A stretch of 64,000 bases of DNA, from assembly GCA_043744895.1 (NCBI GenBank), contig JAYTTT010000185.1, forward strand, positions 60,563 through 124,562, given 5' to 3'. The position numbers and the translations under genes are program-made. Each line of letters opens with the position of its first letter. Within the stretch, counting starts at the first letter, position 1. Below, piece after piece: positions 43,492-52,084 of the stretch. Source of the stretch: Gemmatimonadota bacterium. GTDB taxonomy: Bacteria; Gemmatimonadota; Gemmatimonadetes; Gemmatimonadales; GWC2-71-9. The notes beneath the pieces were generated by a model that was not told where the DNA came from, did not search any database, and saw only the letters and a list, made by a program, of their open reading frames with translations.

Positions 43492-44419
43492 GCGACAGGT
43501 CGATCGCCGGTCCTTTGGGCTCGAGGTCTTCGGTCATCCCGAAGAACCACTCCGGCCCGCGGCGGGCCTTGAGCAGGAATCCGTAGTCCAGGGTCAGTTC
43601 GCGGTTGTCGAGGGCCCGGGTGCCGGTATCGTGATAGTTGGGCGACTGGTAAAACAGGTTGACGAACATGGCCTGGCGCCCGGCGAATCGAAATCGGAGG
43701 CCGGTGCTGGCCGAGGCGAAGGTCGTGTGCTGGTAGGCCGAGAGGTCACCAAACGTCGGGGTATAGCCCGCTCCGAACCCCACCTCTGCCGTCCACCGGC
43801 GATCGAGGGCCCCTCGCACCGTCGTCGTGGCTGTGGCCGAAGCGACCTTGCGGCCGAATCCCGTCGGTCCGGTCGGCAGCGTCACCGCCACGGTCGTTTG
43901 CCAGTGGCCGGTGTGCCGGTACCCGCCTAACAACCGAACGTCCCCCAAGAAACTGGCCGGCCGGCTCCGGACGAGGCTGTCGCCGTTGGGGAGCTTGATG
44001 GCGTAGTCGTAGACGTTGTTGGGTCTGATTTCTCGGGCCTTGACCTGGAGCCCCGTGGTCCGATGGTACCAGTTGAGCACGCCGTCGAGAAAGCCGTTGT
44101 AGGCCCCGTTCAGGCTCGCCGAAGCGCCGATAAACCCCCGCCCGGTATTCCGGATGACCGTGGCGTCGAGCCGCAGTAGCTCGGCGTCGAGCACAACCGA
44201 CGACCTGGGCTGGCCGGAGTACTCGATCACGCTGGCGTAATCAGTCAGGAGCCGAAAGTTCCACCGGTGCGTGGGGTCGACATAGGGTTGAAAGAAGAGC
44301 CCGCTGCGCGAGGTGATGACCGGGTTGACGGCCAGGTATGGCGGCAGGCCCTGCGCCGCGGCGCGGTGTGGGAGGAGCGCTGCGGCAAGCACGAGGGCGG
44401 CACGACGACGAGTTACCAC
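43469..44419 (-). CDS. putative outer-membrane beta-barrel protein (DUF3187-like, tentative)
   Basis: Signal peptide RRRAALVLAAALLPHRAAAQG. Alternating beta-strand pattern. C-terminal ...DLSLRIGARW ends in an aromatic residue. GTG start, overlapping the TetR stop by 7 nt. Confidence 0.55.
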   Translation of the reverse strand: MVTRRRAALVLAAALLPHRAAAQGLPPYLAVNPVITSRSGLFFQPYVDPTHRWNFRLLTDYASVIEYSGQPRSSVVLDAELLRLDATVIRNTGRGFIGASASLNGAYNGFLDGVLNWYHRTTGLQVKAREIRPNNVYDYAIKLPNGDSLVRSRPASFLGDVRLLGGYRHTGHWQTTVAVTLPTGPTGFGRKVASATATTTVRGALDRRWTAEVGFGAGYTPTFGDLSAYQHTTFASASTGLRFRFAGRQAMFVNLFYQSPNYHDTGTRALDNRELTLDYGFLLKARRGPEWFFGMTEDLEPKGPAIDLSLRIGARW

Positions 44420-45072
44420 GATTCTGGTCCCGCGTGGCGAGTGAATGAAGCGTTGGGTGCGGCCCGGCCCTCCGGTTCCGCTACGGCGCGGACCAGGAGA
44501 TCGATGGTGACATCGATCGGGGCGAGCTGAGGAATCATGGGCATCACCCCGGTTGGGGTCCCTCCGAGGACGCTGGCGCCCAGCAAGCTGCCGAGGAGTG
44601 CCCGGGCGACGAGCAGGGGGTCACGGGTCCGGTCAACGGCGGCAACGGCGGATGCGAGAGCCCGCTCGGTTGGTTCGATGATTCGAGTCCGGTATTGCCC
44701 CACCAATGCCGGGGCGTTGCCGTTTTCCGCGATCAAGACCCGAAGCATGTCGGCATGCGGCGCCTGCCGCGACGCGGCCCAAATCGCTCGGAGCATCGCG
44801 GTCAACCGGAGCATGGGGTCGGTCGGCATCTCAGCCGGCTCCCGCCACAGCGGCTCCTCGGCCACCCATTCGCCGAGCGCGGTGAGCAACCCATCCTTGT
44901 CGGGCACATAGCGGTAGACCGTGCCGACCGTGACCCCGGCCGCCCGGGCAATGTCTTCCATGGTTGTTCCGCCAAACCCTCGCTGGGCAAAGAGCGTCAG
45001 GGCGGCCGCCTTGAGCTCGCGGGGACGGGCCTCGCTACGGCGTTTCCAGGCCTGGCGGGTCGGTTCCTTCAC
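44413..45072 (-). CDS. TetR/AcrR family transcriptional regulator
   Basis: HTH LKAAALTLFAQRGFGGTTMEDIARAAGVTVGTVYRYVPDKDGLL. GTG start in a GTGA junction with the FRG gene stop. Confidence 0.85.
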   Translation of the reverse strand: MKEPTRQAWKRRSEARPRELKAAALTLFAQRGFGGTTMEDIARAAGVTVGTVYRYVPDKDGLLTALGEWVAEEPLWREPAEMPTDPMLRLTAMLRAIWAASRQAPHADMLRVLIAENGNAPALVGQYRTRIIEPTERALASAVAAVDRTRDPLLVARALLGSLLGASVLGGTPTGVMPMIPQLAPIDVTIDLLVRAVAEPEGRAAPNASFTRHAGPESW

Positions 45073-45944
45073 GCCTGGGGCATCCGCTGAATGGGTTTGG
45101 GTCTCCGCCCTCGTTGCTGAATCAGGAAATCGGGATGAACGTCCAGGGTCTTCGGGTTGTACTCCCAGTGGTGTTCGAGTTCGAAGGCGAGCGACCGCGC
45201 CATCCCATCGAGGCCCGGGAACAGCGTGGCGTTGGTGATGTTCATGCTGTAGAGCGAGAACATGGCGTCGTCCCGGATTCGTTCGGTGTCGAGGACGATC
45301 TTCGCCAGCGTCCGCTTGGGGCTCCGGTACGATTCGATGATCCGCTCGACCGGCTGGTCCAATACGCCCGGCACCACGAAGGTGGCCGACTGCGCCACCA
45401 GCCGTTGATTCATGACCAGGGGCTCGCCCTGGACGGCGAACCGGAGGCTATTGGGAATGAACCAGCGATCGTAGTGGCCGGGATCGTTGAGCCGAAGGTC
45501 GCTGGCGGGCAGTTGGCCCTCGGCGGTGGCCACTTTTTCGCCGAGGAGCCTGGGGACGCAGAGCCCCCACACAGCGGCGGGTTCGGTGGCCGCCTCGAGC
45601 GCGAAGAACGCGGCGACGAACGGCGACCAGGTAAAGTCCAACAGCCGGGTTGGGGCGCCGTGGTGTTGCATCAAGGCCAGCCACTGAAAGTCGTCGTCTG
45701 GGTCGGGAACGTGGCTCAAGTAGAGGTGAGCCTTCCGGCGAAAAATCCGGTTGACCCGCAGTTCCTGCCGCGACCACGCCTCGGACCTCACGCGGAAGGT
45801 CCGGAAATACCGAGAGATGGTACTGAACAGCTTCCATTTCGCGCTCTGTTGCCCCCGGAACGCCCAGGTCCGAAACCCGCTCCCGCCGACCAGCCGCTGA
45901 TAGTCGGCCCAGGAGTCGATTTCGATGGTTCGGTATTTACTCAT
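45069..45944 (-). CDS. FRG domain-containing protein
   Basis: WAFRGQQSAKWKLFSTISR (FRGQ motif), FQWLALMQHHGAPTRLLDFTWSPFVAAFFA, and NQRLVAQSATFVVP are the three conserved blocks of the FRG domain. GC looks slightly lower than the neighbouring genes. Confidence 0.8.
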   Translation of the reverse strand: MSKYRTIEIDSWADYQRLVGGSGFRTWAFRGQQSAKWKLFSTISRYFRTFRVRSEAWSRQELRVNRIFRRKAHLYLSHVPDPDDDFQWLALMQHHGAPTRLLDFTWSPFVAAFFALEAATEPAAVWGLCVPRLLGEKVATAEGQLPASDLRLNDPGHYDRWFIPNSLRFAVQGEPLVMNQRLVAQSATFVVPGVLDQPVERIIESYRSPKRTLAKIVLDTERIRDDAMFSLYSMNITNATLFPGLDGMARSLAFELEHHWEYNPKTLDVHPDFLIQQRGRRPKPIQRMPQA

Positions 45945-45995
45945 GGCGGTAAGGTGGCGAGGGGCCCGACGGGGGGCAAGAAGCCGGCACGAAGA

Positions 45996-46019
45996 AGGGG
46001 CGGTCGCTCGACCGCCCCT
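45996..46019 (-). terminator. candidate intrinsic terminator hairpin after the sigma/anti-sigma/PDZ operon
   Basis: Perfect 10-bp stem AGGGGCGGTC-gctc-GACCGCCCCT, 27 nt downstream of the PDZ gene stop. On the minus strand it is followed by TCTTCGTG, a weak T tract. Confidence 0.45.
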
Positions 46020-46045
46020 CTCGGGTGCCTCAGCGACTCGCGGTG

Positions 46046-46948
46046 TTACTCGTCGTCGCGATCGACCTTGGACGAAATCGTCTGCCGACTCTTGTTCCGG
46101 ATGATATCGAGCTTCATGACGTCGCCGGTCTCATAGGAGCTCATGATTCGCAACAGGCTCGACGGTCCCCGTGCCTTCCGGCCGTCGACGCTGAGGATGA
46201 CGTCGCCACCTTTGAGGCCGAGGCCGTTCCGTTCGGGCGCGTCGATGACGAGCACGCCCTCGGTGGTACCGAAGTAGGCGCCCAAATCGGCATTGACCGG
46301 AGCGAGTTCGAGTTCGGCAAACGGGCCGCCGAAGTTGAAGGAGAACGCTCCCGGCTCCGTGGTCTTCATCCGGGGCCGGCTGATCCGCATCTCGCCAACA
46401 CCCTCCAAATCCCGGAGCTTGCCTTCGATCTGCGGCATTCGGAACAAGGCATTGCCGTCGCCGAGGTTCCGCATGGCCAGGGTTCGCTCGTTGGCAGTGA
46501 CGATGCTGGCGGTCTTGGTTTCCCGGCCTCGCCGGTATTCGACTGCCACGGTGTCGCCGGGTCCGAGTTTGGCCACCAACTCGATCAGTCGTAAGGCCGC
46601 GAGCGACGCCTCGTCGTCCTCGCTCCGATCCTGTTCGGCTTTGATCAGGCGCTGGCCGTTCAGGCGGGTAATGATGTCGCCGGATCGAATCCCCGCCTTG
46701 GCGGCAGGCCCGCCCGGGGTAACCCCATTGATGGTGGCGCCGATCGAGTCGTTGTCGGCGGCCTGCATATCGAGCATGACGCCAAGCCGAGCCCGCCGGT
46801 TGGTCACCATGTCCATCGGATTGACTTCGTCGCCGTTGATATAGACCCGCGCCCGCGGGGCCCGCTCCGGCGCCGGCCGGCGCTCCTGGGCGGACAACGG
46901 GGCAACCATGGCCAGGGCGGCAAGACCCAACATCGAACGATTCATCAT
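46046..46948 (-). CDS. secreted tandem PDZ domain protein (no protease domain)
   Basis: Signal peptide MMNRSMLGLAALAMVAPLSAQ. Two PDZ-like units: GATINGVTPGGPAAKAGIRSGDIITRLNG and GVLVIDAPERNGLGLKGGDVILSVDG. Confidence 0.8.
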   Translation of the reverse strand: MMNRSMLGLAALAMVAPLSAQERRPAPERAPRARVYINGDEVNPMDMVTNRRARLGVMLDMQAADNDSIGATINGVTPGGPAAKAGIRSGDIITRLNGQRLIKAEQDRSEDDEASLAALRLIELVAKLGPGDTVAVEYRRGRETKTASIVTANERTLAMRNLGDGNALFRMPQIEGKLRDLEGVGEMRISRPRMKTTEPGAFSFNFGGPFAELELAPVNADLGAYFGTTEGVLVIDAPERNGLGLKGGDVILSVDGRKARGPSSLLRIMSSYETGDVMKLDIIRNKSRQTISSKVDRDDE

Positions 46949-46969
46949 GCTGCTATGACTCCTTGGGGC

Positions 46970-47578
46970 TCAAAACCCCACGTAACGGGCACCAGTGAGG
47001 TGAACATCCACCAACGCATCGAGCAGCCCGACCCGCTCGCGCCACAACTTGATCATTCGTTCCTGCCGAGCCTCTGCCTGGAGCAATCCGGCCGTCTCGA
47101 TCTGCCGGTCAACCCGCGCCAGCTGATCCTCGAGCGACGATGTGACGGCCACCGTCCGTCCGTCGACCACCTGGCGGTCTTGATCGAACCCGGAAAGGGC
47201 TTGCTCCAATCCCTTCGACTGACTCATCATCTCGGCCAATCCGGGATCGACCGCGACCAGGGTTCGATTTTGCTGCTGCCGATTGACCATCACGGCGGCA
47301 AAGGTCACCGATGCGGCGAGTGTCATTCCGCCAAGCACGACCCGGCGGACCTGCCGACCCCGTCGCTCCGCCGCGGCCTTGAGCCGCACGGCGCCGAACA
47401 GATCGCGCGACGGTCGGAGGGTCGGCAACGCCTTGAGATGGGCCATTCGCTGGTCGAGGCGGTCAAGTTCGGCCCGACACAGTGCACAGCCCTCGGCGTG
47501 ATCGCGCCAGCCCCGGACGTGCGGTTCGAGTCCCGGTTCGCGGGTGGCGAGCAACTGCTCCATGGTGAGGTGGGTCAT
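46970..47578 (-). CDS. anti-sigma factor with zf-HC2-like motif, single TM
   Basis: ATGA junction with the sigma stop (ATG 47578). H-x3-C-x2-C motif (HAEGCALCRAELDRL). TM helix VVLGGMTLAASVTFAAVMV. Confidence 0.7.
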   Translation of the reverse strand: MTHLTMEQLLATREPGLEPHVRGWRDHAEGCALCRAELDRLDQRMAHLKALPTLRPSRDLFGAVRLKAAAERRGRQVRRVVLGGMTLAASVTFAAVMVNRQQQNRTLVAVDPGLAEMMSQSKGLEQALSGFDQDRQVVDGRTVAVTSSLEDQLARVDRQIETAGLLQAEARQERMIKLWRERVGLLDALVDVHLTGARYVGF

Positions 47579-48111
47579 GCGATCGCCTCCTCGCCTAACC
47601 ATTTGCGAAGCCGGATGTGGGCCCGGGCCAATTGGGATTTCGAGAAGCTCGCGGTTCGGTCCATCATCGCGGCAATTTCTTCGTGGGTATAGCCCTCGAC
47701 GTCGTGGAGCCAGACCACGGCCCGGGAGGTTTCCGAGAGTCGCTCGAGCGCGGCTTCGAGGTCCATCCGAAGTGCCGGATCTTCCCGCTTCATCGGCGCG
47801 ACGTCATCGACCAGATCGTCGGTGTCGCGGTACTTGTTGCGGCGCAACCGCATCAAGGCCTTGCTCGACGCCACCGTCCGGATCCAACCCCAGATGCTGC
47901 CTTGGCCCCGGAACTGGCCGATACTGCGGAAGACTTCGATGAACGTTTCCTGGACGACGTCCTCGGCGTCCTCGGTGGTGCGACAGATCCGGCGAGCCAG
48001 ACTGTAGACCGGCGTTTCGAAGGCGCGGAACAACGCCTCCTGGGCCTCCGGGTCGCCGGCTCGAAGCCGGGGCAGTACTGCCTCGGCGTCGGCCAGCCGG
48101 TAAGCGTCCAT
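47575..48111 (-). CDS. RNA polymerase ECF-type sigma-70 factor
   Basis: Region 2 (ALFRAFETPVYSLARRICRTTEDAEDVVQETFIEVF) and region 4 (RAVVWLHDVEGYTHEEIAAMMDRTASFSKSQLARAHIRLR). Start set at ATG 48111. Confidence 0.85.
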   Translation of the reverse strand: MDAYRLADAEAVLPRLRAGDPEAQEALFRAFETPVYSLARRICRTTEDAEDVVQETFIEVFRSIGQFRGQGSIWGWIRTVASSKALMRLRRNKYRDTDDLVDDVAPMKREDPALRMDLEAALERLSETSRAVVWLHDVEGYTHEEIAAMMDRTASFSKSQLARAHIRLRKWLGEEAIA

Positions 48112-48178
48112 CCTGAGGGTTCCTGTGAGCACGTCGGGAAAGATGTCTAAGTTGGGGGTTTGGTTGCAGATTGGGGGC

Positions 48179-49297
48179 ATGGAAACGCTACCTCCAGCCG
48201 AATGGCTCGAACACCTCCAGGACGAGGCCGACGCCGCCTTCCTCTATCGAAAACTGGCTCAAGTCGAGTTAAATCAAGATAAATCAAGGATTTACCAGAG
48301 CCTCGCCGAGGTGGAAGACCGCCATGTTGGGGTCTGGATGAAAGTCCTGGCCGAGGCCGGGCACCGTCCCGCTGCTCCGACTCCAACCGGCCGGGCCCGG
48401 TTTATGGCCCTCTTGGCCGGGTGGTTTGGCCCCAAGTTCCTGCTCCCGGCCCTGCTGGCTGAGGAAGGCCGGGAGGTTAAGGGGTACCTCGAACTCCACC
48501 AACGGTCCATTGGGAGCCCGGCCGGCGGGCCGGCCCTCCGGCTGGCCCAGGAGTCGAAAGAGCACGCTGAGCGTCTGGCGGGGCTTCTGGGGCGCTCCGG
48601 CGAGCCATGGCACCAGACCGGCGCCGGCGGGTTCGTTCGGAACGTCGTGTATGGCTTCAACGATGGGTTGACGGCCAATTTTGGCTTGGTGGCTGGGATG
48701 ATCGGGGCTCAGGGGTCGCTTGATGCCACCGGTCATGCCGTGGTGGTCGCCGGCTTGGCGGGGGCGGTGGCGGACGCCTTGTCGATGGGGTCGTCGGGAT
48801 ATTTGGCGGCCAAGAGTGAACGCGAGGTGTACGAGCACGAGATCGCGATGGAGCGAGAGGAGATTCGGTTGATGCCGGATCTCGAGCGCGAGGAACTGTC
48901 CCTGATCTACCAGGCCAAGGGCATCGCCGAGCCGGAGGCCCGCCGGATGGCCGAGGTGGTGATGGCCGACCCGGAGCGGGCGCTGGCCGAGAAGGTTCGG
49001 GAGGAACTCAAGATCGGGGACGCGACCAGTACGCCGATGCGGGAAGCCGTGGTGACGGGCTCGGCCACGTTGGTTGGGGCGCTGATCCCGGTGGCGCCGC
49101 TGGTGTTCAGCACCGAGCCCTGGGCGATCTGGACCTCGTTCGCGCTCGCGATGCTGTCTCACTTCTTGGTCGGGGCGGCCCGGAGCTTGTTTACCGGCCG
49201 GGGAGTTTTTCGGAGCGGGCTCGACATGCTCGTGGTGGGTCTCGGTGTGGCGGCCGTTGGCTATTTTCTGGGTGACTGGTTGGTCAAATTCCTTTGA
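48179..49297 (+). CDS. mbfA: membrane-bound ferritin-like/VIT1(CCC1) fusion, MbfA-type iron exporter
   Basis: N-terminal erythrin/ferritin-like helices (EADAAFLYRKLAQ...LAEVEDRHVGVW...ESKEHAERLA). C-terminal VIT1 domain (VYGFNDGLTANFGLVAGM..., 5 TM). Confidence 0.75.
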   Translation: METLPPAEWLEHLQDEADAAFLYRKLAQVELNQDKSRIYQSLAEVEDRHVGVWMKVLAEAGHRPAAPTPTGRARFMALLAGWFGPKFLLPALLAEEGREVKGYLELHQRSIGSPAGGPALRLAQESKEHAERLAGLLGRSGEPWHQTGAGGFVRNVVYGFNDGLTANFGLVAGMIGAQGSLDATGHAVVVAGLAGAVADALSMGSSGYLAAKSEREVYEHEIAMEREEIRLMPDLEREELSLIYQAKGIAEPEARRMAEVVMADPERALAEKVREELKIGDATSTPMREAVVTGSATLVGALIPVAPLVFSTEPWAIWTSFALAMLSHFLVGAARSLFTGRGVFRSGLDMLVVGLGVAAVGYFLGDWLVKFL

Positions 49298-49311
49298 ACG
49301 GAGGGTTCGGC

Positions 49312-49797
49312 ATGGCTCGTTGGTTAGGCGGAGCGGTCGTAGCGGTCAGTCTGTTCGGACTGTCGGTCCCGGCGTACGGCCAGGAGTTGTCGGCTCGGCA
49401 GCGGGCGGCCGTGGCGGACACCATTCGGATCCAGGCGGACCGGCTGATCGGTACCATCGGCAACATCGACCGGTTTATGGAGCTGTTCACGACCGAACCG
49501 GACCTGGTGTACGTCGACAACGGACGGATCTATGCGAGCCGGGAGGCGCTGGCCAAGGCGGCCGGCGGTTTCTTCAAGCGGGTCCGTTCGACCGGGGGCA
49601 AATGGGAGCCGGCGCACGTGTTGCCGTTGTCGCCGAGCTCGGGGGCATTCACGGGGATCTTCCGTCCCCAGATGGTGGACACCAGCGGGGCGGCCCTGTG
49701 GACCGAGGGGAAGATCTGGACCTTCGTGTATCAGCGCCGAGGTGGCAAGTGGGTCATCGTCCAGGCGCACGAAATCAACGCGAAGCCGACGCCGTGA
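49312..49797 (+). CDS. secreted SnoaL-like/DUF4440-type (NTF2 fold) protein
   Basis: Signal peptide MARWLGGAVVAVSLFGLSVPAYG. The C-terminal WTFVYQRRGGKWVIVQAHE is typical of NTF2-like DUF4440 domains. GGAGGG Shine-Dalgarno. Confidence 0.6.
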   Translation: MARWLGGAVVAVSLFGLSVPAYGQELSARQRAAVADTIRIQADRLIGTIGNIDRFMELFTTEPDLVYVDNGRIYASREALAKAAGGFFKRVRSTGGKWEPAHVLPLSPSSGAFTGIFRPQMVDTSGAALWTEGKIWTFVYQRRGGKWVIVQAHEINAKPTP

Positions 49798-51335
49798 GGG
49801 GTGGGTGGGTGGTGGTCGCGGCGCTCGGATTGGCCGGGTGTCGCGCCGCCGAGCCGGTTCGGCCGAACGTGCTGTTCGTCGCGGTCGACGATCTCCGGCC
49901 GACGCTCGGGGCCTACGGCGACCCCGACATCAAGACCCCGAACATCGATCGGCTGGCCCGGTCGGGCGTGACGTTTCTGGAGGCCCACGCTCAGCAGGCG
50001 GTGTGCAATCCGTCCCGGACCAGTTTGATGACCGGACTCCGCCCGGATTCGAGCCGGGTCTGGGATTTGGAGACTGACTTTCGCACCACGGTGCCGGACG
50101 TGGTGACGCTGCCGCAGCATTTCATTCGGAATGGCTACTATGCGGCGGTGATCGGCAAGGTCTACCACAACATCATTCCGGATTCGTTGTCGTGGAGCGA
50201 GCCGGAAATCAAAGTGCCCGGCTTTCCCTACGATCCGGATGCGGTGTATCACCACCGCGACAACCTGGCCATTCAGGAGGCGGCGAAGGCCAAGATCATC
50301 GCGGCGGGGCAGCAGGACGGCCATATCGATCGATTCGGGCTCTGGTATCTCAAGGCGAACGCGACCGAGAGCGTCGACCTGCCCGACAGCGTGTACTACG
50401 ACGGGGCCCAGACCAATTTTGCGATCCGGAAGCTGGCCGACCTCGCCAAAGGGAAGCAGCCGTTCTTTTTCGGAGTCGGGTACTACCGGCCTCATCTGCC
50501 CTTCAACGCCCCGAAGAAATACTGGGATCTGTATGACCGGAACACGATTCCGATGGCCCGGAACCGGTTCGTGCCCAAGCAGGGGCCTGAGATGGCCATC
50601 GACAACATGCGGGAGCTCCGCGGCTATGCCGACTTTACCGATGTGCCGCATCCGTTTCGGGGCGGAGTAACGGATGCCCAGGCGCGGTTACTCAAGCATG
50701 GATACTACGCCTCGGTCAGCTATGTCGACGCCCAAATTGGGCGATTGCTCGATCAACTCGACAGTCTGGGTCTGACGAAGAACACCATCGTCGTCCTGTG
50801 GGGTGATCATGGGTACAAACTCGGTGAGCACAACAGCTGGGCCAAGATGACCAACTATCAGATTGACACCCACTCGCCGTTGATCATCCGGGCACCCGGG
50901 GTCATTCCCCCCGGTCAAAAGATCCGCCAGATGGTCGAGTTCGTGGACGTCTATCCGACGCTGAGCGAACTGGCCGGTCTCGAGGTGCCCCGGCACCTCC
51001 AGGGCACCAGCGCCCTGCCACTGATCAAGAACCCCGACCGGGCGTGGAAGCCGGCGGTGTTCAGTCAGTTCCTGCGGAAAGGGATCTGGGTCGCGCCGGA
51101 CGGGATCGAGTACATGGGCTATAGCATGCTGACCGATCGCTGGCACTACGTGAGGTGGATGAACTGGGGCACCAAGCAGTTGGCCGCCAATGAGCTGTAT
51201 GATCGCCAGGCCGACCCGGATGAGGACGTCAATCTGGCGTTCAAACCGGAGCAGGCTGCCCGGATCAAGGTACTCGAGGTTGAACGGCTGGCCGGCTGGC
51301 GGGCCGCGGTGCCTCTCGATGTAGGGGCCCACTGA
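49794..51335 (+). CDS. sulfatase (iduronate-2-sulfatase-like), lipoprotein
   Basis: GTGA junction at GTG 49794. Lipobox VVAALGLAGC. NVLFVAVDDLRP and the formylglycine motif CNPSRTSLMTG. Confidence 0.85.
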   Translation: MRGGWVVVAALGLAGCRAAEPVRPNVLFVAVDDLRPTLGAYGDPDIKTPNIDRLARSGVTFLEAHAQQAVCNPSRTSLMTGLRPDSSRVWDLETDFRTTVPDVVTLPQHFIRNGYYAAVIGKVYHNIIPDSLSWSEPEIKVPGFPYDPDAVYHHRDNLAIQEAAKAKIIAAGQQDGHIDRFGLWYLKANATESVDLPDSVYYDGAQTNFAIRKLADLAKGKQPFFFGVGYYRPHLPFNAPKKYWDLYDRNTIPMARNRFVPKQGPEMAIDNMRELRGYADFTDVPHPFRGGVTDAQARLLKHGYYASVSYVDAQIGRLLDQLDSLGLTKNTIVVLWGDHGYKLGEHNSWAKMTNYQIDTHSPLIIRAPGVIPPGQKIRQMVEFVDVYPTLSELAGLEVPRHLQGTSALPLIKNPDRAWKPAVFSQFLRKGIWVAPDGIEYMGYSMLTDRWHYVRWMNWGTKQLAANELYDRQADPDEDVNLAFKPEQAARIKVLEVERLAGWRAAVPLDVGAH

Positions 51336-51384
51336 CGTCGGGGTAGACGCGGGTGTCAGGGTTCATAGCGGAGAGAGGAACTCT

Positions 51385-52029
51385 ATGCATTGTCGGATGG
51401 TAGCTGCCGTGGTGACGGCATTGGTAATCGGCGGGACCGGACAAGTCAGCGGGCAGTCGCAAGAACCGGAGGCCCCAACGCTCGCTGGGAAATGGCAACT
51501 CGATCCGACCCGGAGCGACCGGCCCAGCCGAATGGACCGGGGAGGGCTGCCCGGAGGCTTTGGCGGCGGCCGCCGACCGGGCGGGGGTGGAGGAGGGCGT
51601 CCCGGCGGCGGTCGCCCTGGGAGCTTTCCGGACGGCGGTGGAAGGGGTCCCGGCGGGCTCGGTGGGGAGCCCGGCGAGGGCGGATCGCCAGTCATCCTCC
51701 AGCTGCTGCGCCCGTCCCAGCAGCTGGAAGTCACCCTCTCCGACTCAGCGATCTCGATCCTCGATGGAGCCGGGTTCAGGCGGGTGTTGCGGTCGGACGG
51801 CCGTGAAATCATCGACACGTTGTTCGGCGGCCAAATCCGGCGCACCAAGGTCAAGCGCAAGGAGCGCGAGTTCGTCCTGGAACAAGTCATCGACGGCGAT
51901 ACCAAACTTCGGGAGAAGTACCGGCTCGACGAGAAGCAGGGCGACCTGATCTTCGATCTCACGCTCGAATCGAAGCGAATCCGGATTCCGGTCGAAATTC
52001 GCCGGATGTATCTCCGGGCAAGAAGCTAG
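51385..52029 (+). CDS. secreted hypothetical protein with Gly/Arg/Pro-rich insertion
   Basis: Signal peptide MVAAVVTALVIGGTGQVSG. GKWQLDPTRSD, followed by a roughly 50-aa tract GGLPGGFGGGRRPGGGGGGRPGGGRPGSFPDGGGRGPGGLGGEPGEGG, then a beta-rich domain. Confidence 0.6.
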   Translation: MHCRMVAAVVTALVIGGTGQVSGQSQEPEAPTLAGKWQLDPTRSDRPSRMDRGGLPGGFGGGRRPGGGGGGRPGGGRPGSFPDGGGRGPGGLGGEPGEGGSPVILQLLRPSQQLEVTLSDSAISILDGAGFRRVLRSDGREIIDTLFGGQIRRTKVKRKEREFVLEQVIDGDTKLREKYRLDEKQGDLIFDLTLESKRIRIPVEIRRMYLRARS

Positions 52030-52084
52030 GGTGGGGGCGGCCGTTCCGGTTTAGATTGCAGAAGTATCTCATCCGGAGTTGTCG

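Noticed and set aside
48118-48123. GGAACC on the minus strand upstream of the third ECF sigma gene, as an autoregulatory -35 element
   Set aside because: It lies only 7-12 nt from ATG 48111, too close to be a -35 element for that start. No CGT-type -10 element follows at the right spacing.
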